Of a DNA stretch of 64,000 bases, positions 1 through 13,269 are shown one piece after another. The notes under the pieces are model-generated. The model had not been told where the DNA came from. It worked only from the letters and a program-made list of their open reading frames with translations, and ran no database searches. The stretch is from Lama guanicoe (Eukaryota), in the NCBI GenBank assembly GCA_013239625.1, contig MU053911.1, forward strand, positions 486,132-550,131, read 5' to 3'. A program made the translations under genes and the position numbers. Position 1 is the first letter of the stretch. Each line of letters opens with the position of its first letter.

Positions 1-459
1 GAAAACCATAAGCACGTCTGATGAGGCAGCTAATGTATCTCTGTCTTTGTTGACAACTTTGAAGCAAGATATAAAGAACAAATTATTCCAAGCCTGCCTT
101 TCACTTTACATTTGGACAAGAACTAGGTTCCTGAAGTGAAGTGCCTTGGAATCAAATTTGGCAAAGAACTGGAAATGTATCTGCTATAGAGCAGGAATAA
201 TTATGCCATAAGATTTCTTTGTATTACCGGTGTTTACATTTTTTATAAATAAGAAGGTACTTTGGTTTTAATTATGTAAATTTTATCAAAATTTTACAAG
301 TTAATTAAGAGAAACAAGTATTCTTTAGAGGTTGAAGAACATACTGTTTTTAGCTAAATTGAAATGCATTCATTAGTATTTATATATGAGTATACTAATC
401 AAGGTAATAATTGCTTTAAAATTTCCAGTGCTCTGGCTAAAGGCGTTGTTTTGTTTTTG

Positions 460-493
460 TGTGTGTATATATATATACATACACACACACACA
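460..493. repeat. Compound microsatellite (TG)n(TA)n(CA)n
   Basis: gtgtgtatatatatatacatacacacacacac seen directly. Confidence 0.85.
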
Positions 494-819
494 TGAGAGA
501 GACCAAAATCTCCATAATCTATATAATGGGTAAATCTAACAGTCTTTTATTTGTGTGGGCAATTGTTTATTTCTTAAATTCATGTCTAAATTGGCTTTAC
601 TGTAAAAAGCTATCATATAAATTCAAATGACCTGCCACAGAGTTCTTCCAAGGTGCAAAGTCTGTCTTATGAAAGATGTGTTTTAAATTCACACGTGTGG
701 CGAGTGAATTGCTGTGCCTCTCATTTGTGAACCCAGTGAATGAGAATTAAGCACACGTTCTAGTCTCGGTGGTTTGCACACTTCAGTGAAGTGAGGGATC
801 GATAATCTTTATATACTCA

Positions 820-2050
820 CAATCTAGAGAAGATGGGAAATAGGCGAGCTGAAGACAGGGCAGAGGGCGACAAATCTACGGGAAAAGAGTGGGTAGGGTG
901 GAATGGAGAGTTGGGATGTGCAAAGCGGCGGCAGTTGCAGTGTTACACGGGGTCATCGCGCCACGGTCAGGTGAGATGGCCGTAGGTGAAGCGATGCTGT
1001 GAGAGCAGACTCTCAGGAGTGAAGGAGTTGGCCGTGGCCGAAGGAGAGTTGCAGGTAGAGGAAACGGCAAACCTGAGGTGGGTGAATGTCTGAAATGCTC
1101 AGAATCTCAGGGAAGTCAGCATGCCTGGAGTCACGTGAGCCGGGAGGGGAGCAGCCGAAGATGTGCTCAGAGGTGACTGTGGTCCGATCCAGAAAATCTT
1201 GCTGTAGATCGCTGCAAGGACTTCGGTGACTATTTGATGTAAACTGGGGAGTGTCGTGATTTCTTTAGTGTCTTAGCAGAATCCTATGACTACATCACTG
1301 AGTGAGATTGCTGAGAGGCCAAGGTGGGTCAGGCAGATCAATTAAGAGGCAATTAAAGTATCACCAATAGTGGCTTTAGGTCAGGGAAAAAGGGAAAGTG
1401 GTAACAAGGGTGTAGACTGAGGACATATTTTGGAGATAGAGCCAGCAGGGTTTTCTGGTTGTGTGGGAAAGAAGATTCAGGGATGAGTTTATGGATTTTG
1501 GCTTAGAAATTAGAAGGATGAATTCCACCTGTCCAACTGAGAAGGACAAGTCTGGAGGTGAAGGGATCTGGGGTGGGTCTATCAAGAGACCAGTCTGGGA
1601 CAAGTTAAATTTGAGAAGAGCATTTTTACATTCAAATGATGATGCAACTGCATATAGGAGTCTGGGTTTCATAGAGACATGTGGACTGGAGATAGACATT
1701 TGGAAAATATTGGCCTAGAGATAGCATTTAAAACTAATAAAACCAAATTAAAAGGAGTGTGGCTAAGGCCTGGGACACTTCTCCATAGACGGTTAGAAGG
1801 TAGAGGGTGACCCAACAGAGGAGGCTGAGAAAGGGCACTGAAGTGGTTGGAAGGAAACCACGGATGTGCAGGGTCCTGGAAGCCAAGTGAAGAGACACTC
1901 AGAAGTGGGGGAAGCTGCCAGCAGTGTCTAACGCTAGCGAAAAGCCAAGGAAGGTGCGAACTGCCAAGTGACTGCAGATAGCATGGTTTGGGTCACTCTA
2001 AACTTGGCAGCATCTATTTTTGTAATATGGCGAGGTGAAAGCCAGATTGG
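820..2050 (-). mobile_element. Degraded LINE-2 (L2) fragment
   Basis: Purine-rich run with typical L2 antisense phrases, e.g. ggacatattttggagatagagccagcaggg, gggacaagttaaatttgagaag, ggactggagatagacatttggaa, gtcctggaagccaagtgaaga. Boundaries approximate. Confidence 0.7.
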
Positions 2051-2737
2051 AATAAAATTCTACAGTTTTTCCCTCTCAGTTTTAACAGCTATCTTCATCT
2101 TGTGCTTTAGTGTATTAACTCCTTTTCCCACAGAACACAGCACAGCGTAACCAACTGGATAAACTTGCCTGCTCAAAAGGAAGTTGTCGGACAGTCAATT
2201 AAAAAGAAGTTTTAGTGAAAGGGTTAAACATAAGATGTAATACAGATTAGAGAAATCAAAAATGGATAGATTTAAAAAGGGCAAATAGACAAATGCATAT
2301 TAGTCCTGGAAAAACTGCAACGTTACCTGCCTGAACAGAGTGTTCACAAAGACCTTTAATGATTACTTGGGATACAGAAAACGTAAACATGAAAGTAAAC
2401 AAGAGTCATGTACTGGGCATAAAATTGTGCATATAATAAAAATAACGTTGTATCTTCGAAACATATTTAGAAAGTGATTACATATTAGAACATAAGATGC
2501 TATCATTGTGTAAATATTAATTTCATTTAGAATACAGTCCCTGAAAGTCCATCAGAATTAATTAACGTTGAAAAATTAGCCAAAAATACCACCGTAAAGA
2601 AAAATCACACTTCTAAGTAATTCATTAGCCAAAACGTTATAATAAAAATTGAAAAGTAATTGACTTGGAATGATCCAGAGCCCGTCTCCCGCCCCCCCCC
2701 AGGGCGCGGCCTCCCCGTGGCTGAGGCAGCCGCTCTG

Positions 2738-2870
2738 CCTGGGTTCTCATTTGGCTTCTTCCGTCCCAGCCCACCGGGGGTCGAATCTTCCTCGTCGCCG
2801 TGTTAACGGCTATGTCATTCTTTGAATGCTGCCTTCCCTCCTGTCTCAAAGTCACTGTATTTGCCCTAAA
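2738..2870 (-). mobile_element. Short old L1 ORF2 fragment, GC-shifted
   Basis: gggttctcatttggcttctt...gtcgaatcttcctcg...gctatgtcattctttga...tttgccc resembles the L1 antisense phrase gtggttttaatttgcatttc...gagcatcttttcatg...tttgccc. Confidence 0.4.
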
Positions 2871-4340
2871 AGACAGGAGCATCTATCCTTCCGAGTATGT
2901 CTGTTTTGTCCTGTTAAACAGCGTGTCCACCCGTGGCAACACGGATCTGGAGCCTGTCCTGCACCGAGTGTGTCCATTTGCTGTGATTTTTCCCCAACCT
3001 ATTCTTTTAATGAACAAACCACATTCTGGCATCTCACACGCTTAATGCGCATTTCATCCTCAGCCAGAGCTGCCCAGGTTTGGCCCCAGGCAATGCAGAG
3101 CGAGCAGAGCCTCGATGACACCTGCCGGGCGCCGGAGCAATGTCCTGCCAGCCACATTTCAGCTGCCCCGCGGCTCACTGGAAGAATTTTAATCCGTTTA
3201 TTTCCTCATGAGTTTCTGTCCCCTGTTGGTCACATAGGGTAAGATATACAGACAAAAGATTGGTGGGCGAAGGGCTTGCAGGTCTATAACCAGACGTTTC
3301 CCAAATCAGAATGAGCAGGGAGAAAAGAGGAAGCAAAGAGCAGAAAGAGGAAGGGGAGGATGAGGCAGAGCCACAGGAGGGGCAGACTAAGTGGCTTCTC
3401 ATAGTCACATTAGATATTTTTAGACAGAAAAGAAAAATGCAGTCACAACCTAGTGAGCTGTTGCTGGCCAGCGGCACTGATTGTGTCTCTCTTATCTTAC
3501 TTGAGTCACTTGTCCCCACGGTGTCTCAGCTGTATTCCCAGCTCTGTGAGGGTGGGATGTTTGCCTCCCTCATACAGTTGGCACAGCAGACGTCGCATCC
3601 AAACTTCATGGCCCTAAAGCGCCTTCTCCTCCTCTTGACGTGAAACGCTCTTCCGGGTGCTCGAGCACTGTAGCGGGGCGGCCGGCAGTCTCACGTGTGA
3701 CATAAGAAGCGGCAGAGCGCCCAGCACATCCCCGGAGAGAAAAACGGAAGCTGGCATTTCCCTCGCAGCTGCCCCACCTCCCCCCGTGCTCCCAGGAGAC
3801 AGGGTCACCTACGCACCCGAAATGCTCCCCCTTGCGTGTAAGGTTGTCCACCAAGTCTGACTTGCACAGACGAGAACTGCCGAAACACTAGGTCACGTAC
3901 GAATGATGAGAGAAAAGCCAAGTTTCCAGCTACATCAGACAATTCCGTCACTCAACTAAGTATCGTCAGGCAGTGCGATGTGTGTTCAGAATGCGACAGA
4001 AGTGGAGCTGTGTGGCTCTAGACTACTGAAAATAACACACACGAAATAAATATTTTAGATCCTCAAGTGACATGTTTGATTAGGTGATCCGGCAGAAAAA
4101 AATCCAACCGTCAAGCGAACACACTTTGTTTTTAACTAGGGCCTTTGTGAGGAAACTGGGACTTAGATAAAATATCGTCTTCGATACTTGACATCCTATG
4201 GTTGGTCTCCTAAATTAAACCTTGATTAATTTGACTAAAATTTTAAGCAGAGACACAGACAGCTGAATATCTTTGACCCCGACATCGTTCACCTCTACCT
4301 GTGAATTTTTTTTTCTTTTCTTAAGTTCTTATTAATACAG

Positions 4341-4452
4341 GATGGACCCAAGGTCGTGAGAAATGAAGGCGGTCTCCACCACAGCCAAACAGAGCAGGCG
4401 AACCTCACTCGTGCGGTGGAGTGACCGTGAGGTGGCCCTTAGGTTCAAAGTA
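4341..4452 (+). other. Candidate spliced exon (internal non-coding, or terminal exon ending near AATAAA 4720-4725)
   Basis: T-rich tract then ttaatacag acceptor ending at 4340; GTAAGT donor at 4453. All three frames stop inside the exon; the longest reads DGPKVVRNEGGLHHSQTEQANLTRAVE* (stop 4422-4424). Product not recognised. Confidence 0.3.
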
Positions 4453-4837
4453 GTAAGTTAATTTCTTCGGTATAAATGCTATTCGCCATGGAAATACTTC
4501 TGGTATAGTAAACCTTTTATAAATCTTAATGTTAGATGGCAACGTTGTCAGAGGCTGTAGAGTTCCCATGCTACATTAGACTGTTTACATGCATGTGAAA
4601 ATTTGGCGGTATAAAAAGCTCCTCAGCCGTACGGTGACACCCCAGTTATACAGGAATGACTTTTTGAAAAATGTTCTGTTACGTCTTTTGACACCATGTA
4701 GGCATAAGCATTACTCATTAATAAAGGCTTAAAATGTGAAATAAGTAATCAAATGAGTCCAATCTCCACAAACTACAAATATCTTGTAAAAGAATTTCTC
4801 TCCCTGTTACTTGAGAAAAAGGATAACAAACAAAACC

Positions 4838-4915
4838 TACTGAGTGTCTAGTGTGTGCAAGGCCCTGTGCTACCGCCTCCACGTGCGTCACTTCATCTGC
4901 CTTACACATCTCATC
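4838..4915 (-). mobile_element. MIR SINE fragment
   Basis: tactgagtgtctagtgtgtgcaaggccctgtgcta resembles the reverse complement of the MIR 3' end. Confidence 0.45.
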
Positions 4916-5487
4916 GCACCTCCTTTCTTCCCTTTGCCTCAGAACTTCCTTCCAGTGATGCTGGACAGGAGACCTTGGACTGAACATTGCACCCCAGGCA
5001 TATTTAGTCACCATTCAAGAGCTGGCAATGCTTAGCTGACACTGGGCCAGGGCCTTGGTGAAGTGGCAAGCGACTTGGCAGTGCCGACATCACACCTGGG
5101 CACTCCAGACAGCGCTGTTTCGTCTTGTTTAGAAGACACACGAAGCTGGCATCTGGGTGAAGGTAGTTAACGTCCGCTGGGTTGATGGAATGGGAATTGC
5201 ATCACACAGAGTCTAACGCCCTGGTTACATAATAAAATAATCTGCCAACTATAAAATGTTAAAATCTAAGACTTATGGGAGATACATTTTCCTTCCACTG
5301 ACTGGTGATGAAATAACATTTCACTTAAAAAAATGGAGATTGGTTTGGTTATCCAATTACACAATCAACAGCCATTTAGTAAATGCCTAGTATACGTACT
5401 ATATGTTTGAAACAGCTCAGTTTTCTGAAGTACTTATAAGTTTCCCAATTGTTGTGCAAGTAAGTAGTATGATTTTAAAGATATTTT

Positions 5488-6578
5488 GGTTTTTTATTTT
5501 TATTTTTTTAACTGAAGGACAGTCAATTACATTGTGTCAATCTCTGGTGTGCAGCACAATGTCCCAGTCATGCATATACATACATATGCTCCTTTTCTTA
5601 ATTTTTCCCATTAAAGATTATTACAAGATACTGAACATAGTTCCCTGTGCTGTACAAAATAAACTTTTAAAAAATCTATTTTTATATATAATGGCTAACA
5701 TTTGTAAATCTCAAACTCCCAAATTTATCCTCTCCCACCACTTACCCCAGTAACCATAAGATTGTTTACTAAGTCTGCGAGTCTGTTTCGGTTTTATAGA
5801 TGAGTTTAGTCTCTTTTTTTTAGATTCCGTATATGAGTGATATCATACAGTATTTTTCTTTTTCTTTCTGGCTTACTTCACTTAGAATGACAATCTCTAC
5901 GTCCACTCATGTTGCTGCAAATGGCATTATTTTATTCTTTTTTATGGCTGAGTAGTATTCCCTTGTATAAACATATCACAGCTTCTTTATCCAGTCATCT
6001 GTTGGTGGACATTTAGGTTATTTCCACGTCTTGGCTATTGTAAATAGGGCTGCTATGAACATTGGTGTGTGTGTAGCTTTTCGCATTAGAGTTCCCTCTG
6101 GATATAAACCCAGAAGTGGGATCACTGGATCATATGGTAAGTCTGTTTTTAGTTTTCTGAGGAATCTCCGTACTGTTTTCCACAATGGCTGCACCAAACT
6201 GCATTCCCACCATTAGTGTAGGAGGGTTCCCTTTCCTCCACACCCTCACCAGCGTTTATCATTTGTGGATTTTTGAATGACGGCCATTCTGACTGGTGTG
6301 AGGTGATACCTCATTGTAGTTTTCATTTGCATTTCTCTGATAATTAGTGATGTTGAGCATTTTTTTATGTCTATTAGCCTTCATATGTCTTCATTGGGGA
6401 ATGCTTGTTTAGGTCTTCTGCCCATCTTTGGATTGGGTTGTTCGTATTTTTGTTATTAGGTTGTATGAGTTGTTTATATATTCTGGAAATTAAGCCTGTC
6501 TAAGTCACTTCATTTGCAAATATTTTCTCCCATTCTGTAGGTTGTTATTTTGTTTTGCTCATGGTTTCCTTTGCTGTA
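5488..6578 (-). mobile_element. Young 5'-truncated L1 (ORF2 C-terminal remnant + 3' UTR + poly-A)
   Basis: Poly-T head, L1 3' UTR and ORF2 3' phrases. Perfect 14-bp TSD tttaaagatatttt at 5474-5487 and 6579-6592. Highly similar to the + strand copy at 23366-24362. Confidence 0.95.
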
Positions 6579-6930
6579 TTTAAAGATATTTTAAAGCCCA
6601 AATTGTCTGACGTCTCGTGTATACCTAACAAGTCTTGAAAAAAACTATAAGAACACTGTTTAAAGATCAACTTTCCCTTTGTTACATGTTTGCATGACTA
6701 CAGTGGAAACAGAAAACTCCAAAAATACATGAAGACAACACACTGATTCAATTCTATCCAGAATTCTTGTTATGTTGGCTACTACAGATAAATCTAAATA
6801 ATCTAAGCATAATTGTAAGTCTTTTTTAAATCAATTAATGGGTGACTCAGGATTATTGTCAATGGACCAAGGTAAACTTAGTTCTGAAATTTATTCTGAA
6901 ATATATTGTTAAAAGTAAATCCCTACAGCA

Positions 6931-7100
6931 ACTTTCTTCTGTACAGCACCGGGAAGTCTATTCAATACCTTGTGGTACCTGAATGAAAAAGAATATGAAT
7001 ACGAATATATGTATGTGTATGTGTGGGCGAACTATTATGCTGTACACCAGGAACTGACACAGAATTGTGAACTGACTACACGTCGCTAGAAATAAACAAA
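6931..7100 (+). mobile_element. Short L1 3'-end fragment
   Basis: ttcttctgtacagcaccgggaagtctattcaatacc...atgctgtacaccaggaactgacac matches the 3' UTR of the longer L1 copies in this window. Confidence 0.85.
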
Positions 7101-8879
7101 GATCTGCTGGGGTTCCCTGTGAGCTGACCCCTCCGCCGTGGCTGGTGTCCTCAGTCCTGGTCGCTGGGAGGGTTGTCGTTTCCAGGCTCTGCATCCTCCA
7201 GAAGATGAAGGAATGATGCTGTTCTCTTCACTGCTGGTCATTGCCTTCCCCCAAACTCAGTGATGTAAATTAAGGCTTTGAATTCCTGAGACAAATGAGA
7301 ACATTGCCCTTTAAATCAAATAAGCTGGTCTTTCCCCCAGGAAGAGATCGATTCCAGATTATTGTAGCTCTCTGAGTTCCCACTGGCTGTCCAGCGTCGC
7401 AGGACTGTGAGCCTCACCTGGGCTCCCACACTTCACAGGGCTGATGTTTCCCCACAAAGGGACCGAGCACTCATATTTCTCAGTTGGCACATTATCCCCA
7501 ACGAGGCTCACAGCAAGCTCTCTTTTGACCTTAGAGAGATGGACTAGAGACTGCCCTGACTTAAGAACTTTGAATTGCTCAAACATGGTTTTTGGTTGCT
7601 CTTCTAGATCTTCATGAACTCACACGCCAGGTCTGTCATTCCCCTTGAGGTACGCATGTCATGCACTCCGCAGATGGTGACGACACTTCTGTATTAACTA
7701 CATTAAGAAATCACACAAAAAAACCTTGTCTCAGAAATTTAGAGTAATGGCATTACAGTATGAAAAGATTTGAACATCCGGTCCATTTCATCAAGATTTT
7801 TCAGACGGAAAAAGCAAGATGGGAGAATTAAGACAGCATTATCGCCCCTAGTTAGTTACAGGAGAGAGAGTGCGGCACTGAGGCAGCCCAGCTGACCTTT
7901 TGATTTAAAATAAATGTGCTGGTCATTATTTAAAACACGTGGGCTCTGCATCTCCCGAGGTTTCTATGAAATTCAGTCAAGGAGAATAGTGAGGATGCTG
8001 ATTTGGGAAGAAGTGTACGCATTTTGAGGCTGGAGACAATGTTAGGACATGTCAGTCGAATTGAGTTTGCAGGACAGTTCACTGCTCTGTGAAAGAGTGA
8101 ACGCCATGGTGTGCCTTTGAATGCTGGGCTGTGTTGCCACCCCTCCAGTCTCAGTGGACAAGAATTAAGTCAGTTACCTGTGTCTTTTTAAAATTCTGTA
8201 AGATTTAATGTAGCTGGGACATTTATGCTTCCTCCTCTATGAGGTGTGAGCTCTACTCAAGGCTTGTAAAGGTGTTTAGGGAGAAACAGAATACAATCTT
8301 TGCCAACCTGACTGAGTAAAGATTTACAGAGGGGATTTGCGTAACTTAAGTCAATAAAGTCCCCAAAAAAGAGTAATTGGAACATCTGGAATCAATAATC
8401 TCACAGGACTAGTTTCCTCTCCTCAACTTCTTTTTCCTTCTGCTTTCTGGCAGGTTATCTAGGAAGTGGTATTTGGTTTGAGACCTGAAATATTTGTGGT
8501 GATGCAGCTGCAGACACCAGCTCAGGGTCAGGATGAGAGCAGCTGTATGGAAAACTGAGGGCATGGGAGTTGGAAATAAAACCACTTGATGTGTTTTTTT
8601 CAATTCTAAAATATCCAGGACCATGGTAAGAAATAATAGCATTGTTAAACACCAGTATTTAAATAAGGCAAATGTAAATCTTCTTAGAAATGAGTAGAGA
8701 GAAAAGTAGAGGCCACATGTGAACTTCGTTTCTGTCAGCAAGGATCTTATGCTGGAGCACAAAGAAGCGTTTCACCCAGTCTCACAAACTCCATTAGCGG
8801 TAAGCTCAGAAGCCAAATCGAGAAAATGAAAAAAAAAATTAATAAAATAAAAATAAAAAATAAAATAAAACCAGTGTTT

Positions 8880-9160
8880 TCCTTCCTTCTTTTTTGAATG
8901 TGGTGTCACTACACTGTGTGCCCAGCTGTCGAGGCCAGAAACCTGAGAGTCGCCCTTGACTGGTTTCCTTATCATGAATTTTCTAAATAAAATAAATACA
9001 ACGGAGGGTTTAGGGTTCCTTCTGCATTAGTTTTGCTGTGACTTTGCCTCTTGGGTTAGCAGACGTGCAGCCAAGGAGGCAGGGGTCTCTGCTTGTTTTG
9101 TTCCCATTGTCTGATCTCATACCTGGGATGCTGGCGGTACTCAAAGATACGTGTTGAAAG
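8880..9160 (+). mobile_element. L2 fragments
   Basis: gaggccagaaacctgagagtcgcccttgact and the L2 3'-end phrase gcagggtctctgcttgttttgttcccattgt...ggtactcaaagatacgtgttgaa. Confidence 0.45.
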
Positions 9161-9249
9161 GGTGGCAGATTATAATCTCGATGACACCATCATGCAGGAG
9201 CACATGCTGTGACACCGGTCTGTGTTTATCGTGATATGAGAACAGTGCA

Positions 9250-9372
9250 CAGCAGGGTGTCGCTCTGGGTCAGTCACTAACCTTTCCAAAGCAAAGTTTT
9301 CTCACCTGCAAAACTGAGCTTAATAATAACACCAACATCACAAGATCAACGCACAAATCCGTGGTGCTCAAA
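9250..9372 (+). mobile_element. MIR SINE fragment
   Basis: MIR core: gggtcagtcactaacctttccaaagcaaagttttctcacctgcaaaactgagcttaataataac. Confidence 0.55.
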
Positions 9373-10819
9373 TCCTTTCCTCTCTCCTCTCTTTCTCCCA
9401 ATAACAGAGCCTCTGAGGACGAGAAAGCGAGGATGATGGCACGGCCAGGAGAGGACAGCTTTCATGGTGGCTGATTGACGTACAAACGGCGGCATGGCTT
9501 ACGGGAGCAGCCAGAGTTCAGTGGGGTGGGGCCGGGGGTGGATGAAGGTTCCTGAACAGGGTGAGTGTACCAGACTCCAGACAGGAACCATTACTTGAAA
9601 AGAATGATCTCAGGAGGTAGAGCCCGTACCTAACCCTAAACAGAGCCTCTGTTCAGCAGCAAGGTGACTCAGCGGCCTGGGGGGAGTTCGCACACCTCAG
9701 TTTACCTCAGTGCTTGTCTGGATCAGAAGTTCTAGCAAGACTGTGATCAGTTGAAACTGTTACTGACACTGAGTCATAAAGTGGCTGCTAAGTTAATCTT
9801 TTAACACAAGTCAGCAGTGAGAGTGGCATCAGTTCCGTAGCTTGAAGTGACTGTCCCTGAAATCAATAAAATTATGAAAGCCCCATTAGTGGTACACGGG
9901 ACTATCAACCCAGCATGACCATCACTGCTGGGAACTAGGGACGTGGCAGGCAGAAAAGAAGGAAGGAGAGAGACCAAAGGAAGAGGAATCACAAAAAGTC
10001 AGGCTTTCTGACTCTCCTGACCAACCCTGGAATCACATTTTCAAACACAGACAGCATTAGACACTTTCACTCTAACGCAATGCCTATTTCATCCTTAATT
10101 ACAATTCAAATGTTCATCCCAAGAGCAGAGGAGATTGCTTAGTCAGTAACTACTTTGAACATTTTACTTATTAAGAGGTCTTTTAAATGGGTTTCATTCC
10201 AGCAGAATTTTCCTGAATTCTGGTTCAGGAAAATTATTGGTTATTAGAAGGACATAAATATTCAAGAGCTTTCATTCAAGTCAGAAATGCAAGTTGGTTG
10301 TGCTGAAGTAATAAACATAAACTCTGATTAATGAATGACTACCAAGGTTGTTTTACAAAAAGTCGTGTTAATTCTGATCAAAGTGTGCAGTCCCTGAGTT
10401 TATGCTTAAAATCTATAAAACCTTGTTATCACCAGTCATTTATTTCATAAAATTTGACACTTGTGGAGATTTCTTACCTTTGAATTGCCTTTTCTTTCTA
10501 TTTACAATCCAGAAAGTTAAATGAGAATGTGATTAGCACAGTCTTTAATCAATTGGGAATGAGCTCTAGTTTTAAAGGTACCCCAGATATGCTGAGACAG
10601 CTGGTAGGCATGGGGTGTCTGTCGACAACTTGAACAGAACAAGATGTCAGCTCCGTAAACTTGAGATGAACTTTACTCTTTCTGTTCTATTATGACTCAA
10701 TAGTCTTAGATTTAAGAGTAACATGTATTTTGGGATTTTATCACATTTTTGCATAGTAAAAGTTCACTAATGAATTGTTAGATTAGATGTATTTGGATCA
10801 TTTTTGGTCATTTAAGATT

Positions 10820-12420
10820 TTTAGGTCAGTTTTATTTTGGGACAGTTTACAGAATTTTTGCAAAGACAATAAAGATAGCTCCTTCGTATCACACACCAGT
10901 TTCCTCTGTGGTTTGCATGTTCTGTTAGAACAGTACATTTAAATTCAGCTTAAAGTTAACTTTGATCACCTGGCTGAGTTTTGCTTGTCAGCTCCCTCTA
11001 CTGTTACTTCCCCCTTTTCTGTAATGTCCTCTTTGGAAGAAAACCATTTCCTCCACCCACACTAACGGAGCAGGGAGTCAGGCTTCACTCCCATGGGAAG
11101 AGTATCTACATAAATTACTTGGAATTCTTCTGCACAAAATACACGTCTATTCTCTTTCATTTTAAAATGTATTTAATCATTTACTTATATCAGTAAGGAC
11201 TCTTGGGATAAGTATTTAAATTTTGGATTATAATACAATACTATTTTATTTATTGTCTTACTCAAATTGTTCTAGCTTTGGCCACTGGGAGATCTTTCAG
11301 TTAGATCTTGTATCTGTCTGACACATCCCCATGATTGTGGGGTTTTTTTTCCTTCTTTTGAGCACTTTTCTCTTTAGGGCACTTCAAGATGTTCCAGGCT
11401 CACTCCCTGTGCTACCTGTCCCGGTACCCGAATAAGGCATTTCTCCAAAGAGACCTGACTCTTCTTTTGAAGAATAACATTAGAAACCAATGTGGCTGCT
11501 GGGTGCACCCACTACTACAGGGGTGCCATTGACTCTAGGCTTCTCAGGTGACACTAGCTGTGTAGGTGCCAACCCGCACATACACCCGCACCTTAGACGT
11601 GTCTGTGCACAACCATCTGTATCCACATTAAGCTAAATGTGAGTTCACGCTGTCTCCACTCCACTCCGCGATGCAGAGATCACTCTAGTGTCTTTCCATT
11701 GCTTATCTGTAACTTTCCGTACAAGAGGGAGAAAACTCACCACCAACCATCCATTTACTCAGTTGTTAAATTTCAGAATTCAAGGATAATAGTTTCAGAG
11801 CTGTTCATCTGTAACCATGTGAGAGAAAACCTCAGTAACTAGACTAGAGTGTTTTTATCCAATATCGTTTGCTCTTAATCTAACAGGAGGCACTCATTTC
11901 CAAGGTTCCTCCTTCCCGTGCTGCCGTCAGTGAGGCTGTTTCTGGTACTGGTGAGGCATCTAACTTACTTTGTCACATTCTACATCTCACTCATGGTGTG
12001 GATGCACCAGTTTGTTTATGCATCACCTGCTGAGGGACATCTTGCTTGCCTTCAGTTGTTGGTGATTATGACTAAAACGGCTGTAAATATTTGTGCGCAG
12101 GTTGTTGTGTGGACATGAGTTTTCAAACCAGTTGGGTAAGTCTTCAGGAAGGTGATTGCTGAAATGTGTGGCAAGGTTGTGCTTAACCTGTCAGAGGCAG
12201 CCAGCCCGCCTTCCTCACTGGCTGCACCACTGTGCACTCCCATCAGCCGCACAGGCGAGTCCTTGCTGCTCGTAGCCACACCAGAGGTGGCACGGTCAGG
12301 TCTGCCTTCTTTGTTTTGCTTTGATTCTTTGCCATTTTAGTGGGCACGTAATGTGTGTTCAGTGTGGATTTAACTGCAGTTTCCTGATGACAAATGATGT
12401 CGAGCATCTTTCCGTTTGGA
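10820..12420 (-). mobile_element. Old L1M (L1MC/L1MD-type) 3' region
   Basis: gttaactttgatcacctggctgag, aaattgttctagctttggccactggga, ggcatttctccaaagagacctgact, then ORF2-end antisense phrases tttcctgatgacaaatgatgtcgagcatcttt. Confidence 0.75.
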
Positions 12421-13269
12421 AGCTGAAACCAGAAGTGACCTGGATTCTAGCCAATTATTGGGTTTCATGCCAGACTGAGCTCATGGACGGTTTCACTACT
12501 AATGCTGATTTGGATCACAGAGGGTTTTACTCACTCATAATTGATGAGGTCATTTAGTCTCGGGCAGGAGCCATCTGCCGGCATCATGTGTGTTGCAAAA
12601 CCCTCCTTAGTATCTGATTAGAATGCGAGAAGCTGCTGGATATTATGAACCTAAGTGCACACCGTCATTCCTCTCTAGCGTTTCCAGTGAGTTGAGAATA
12701 TGCCTGGTTGTTCAGCCCCAAGGATCAAGGGACTCCTAGTTATGGGTGTAGGGAACCTCCAAGAATGTGCCAGCTACTGAGCTGGGAGAACGCACAACGG
12801 CTCTTCCAGAATGGATGGATATGTTAATTTATTTCCTATGTTTTAGTAACCCTAGTTACAAATATATGAAATAGAGTAGGAAGTTTATCAATAATGGTCT
12901 CAGAGGTTTGATAGACATAAAAATGGAAACGTTACTAAAAATGACTGAGAATTACAGTATGAAATGAACCTTCATTTGCAAGACCATGACATTCTCATCT
13001 CCAAACTACACAAATATTTCTATTTTGTAATAACAATGTAATTTTGACAGAATTTTAGATTGACAGGGGGCAATTTTGACAACCCACGTTGAACTGACAT
13101 TACATAAAACCACATTATATTAAATGGTGTCATTTAATGTAAGCTGAAATGTTTGTTACCTGGGTGACTCTAGTAAGTTCCTGTAAATTAGTTAATAATA
13201 ATGGGGTTATGTAATCTTTCTAAAAAGAACTACAAGTTTCTTTCTAATAAATGTCTTGAAATCATCTTG

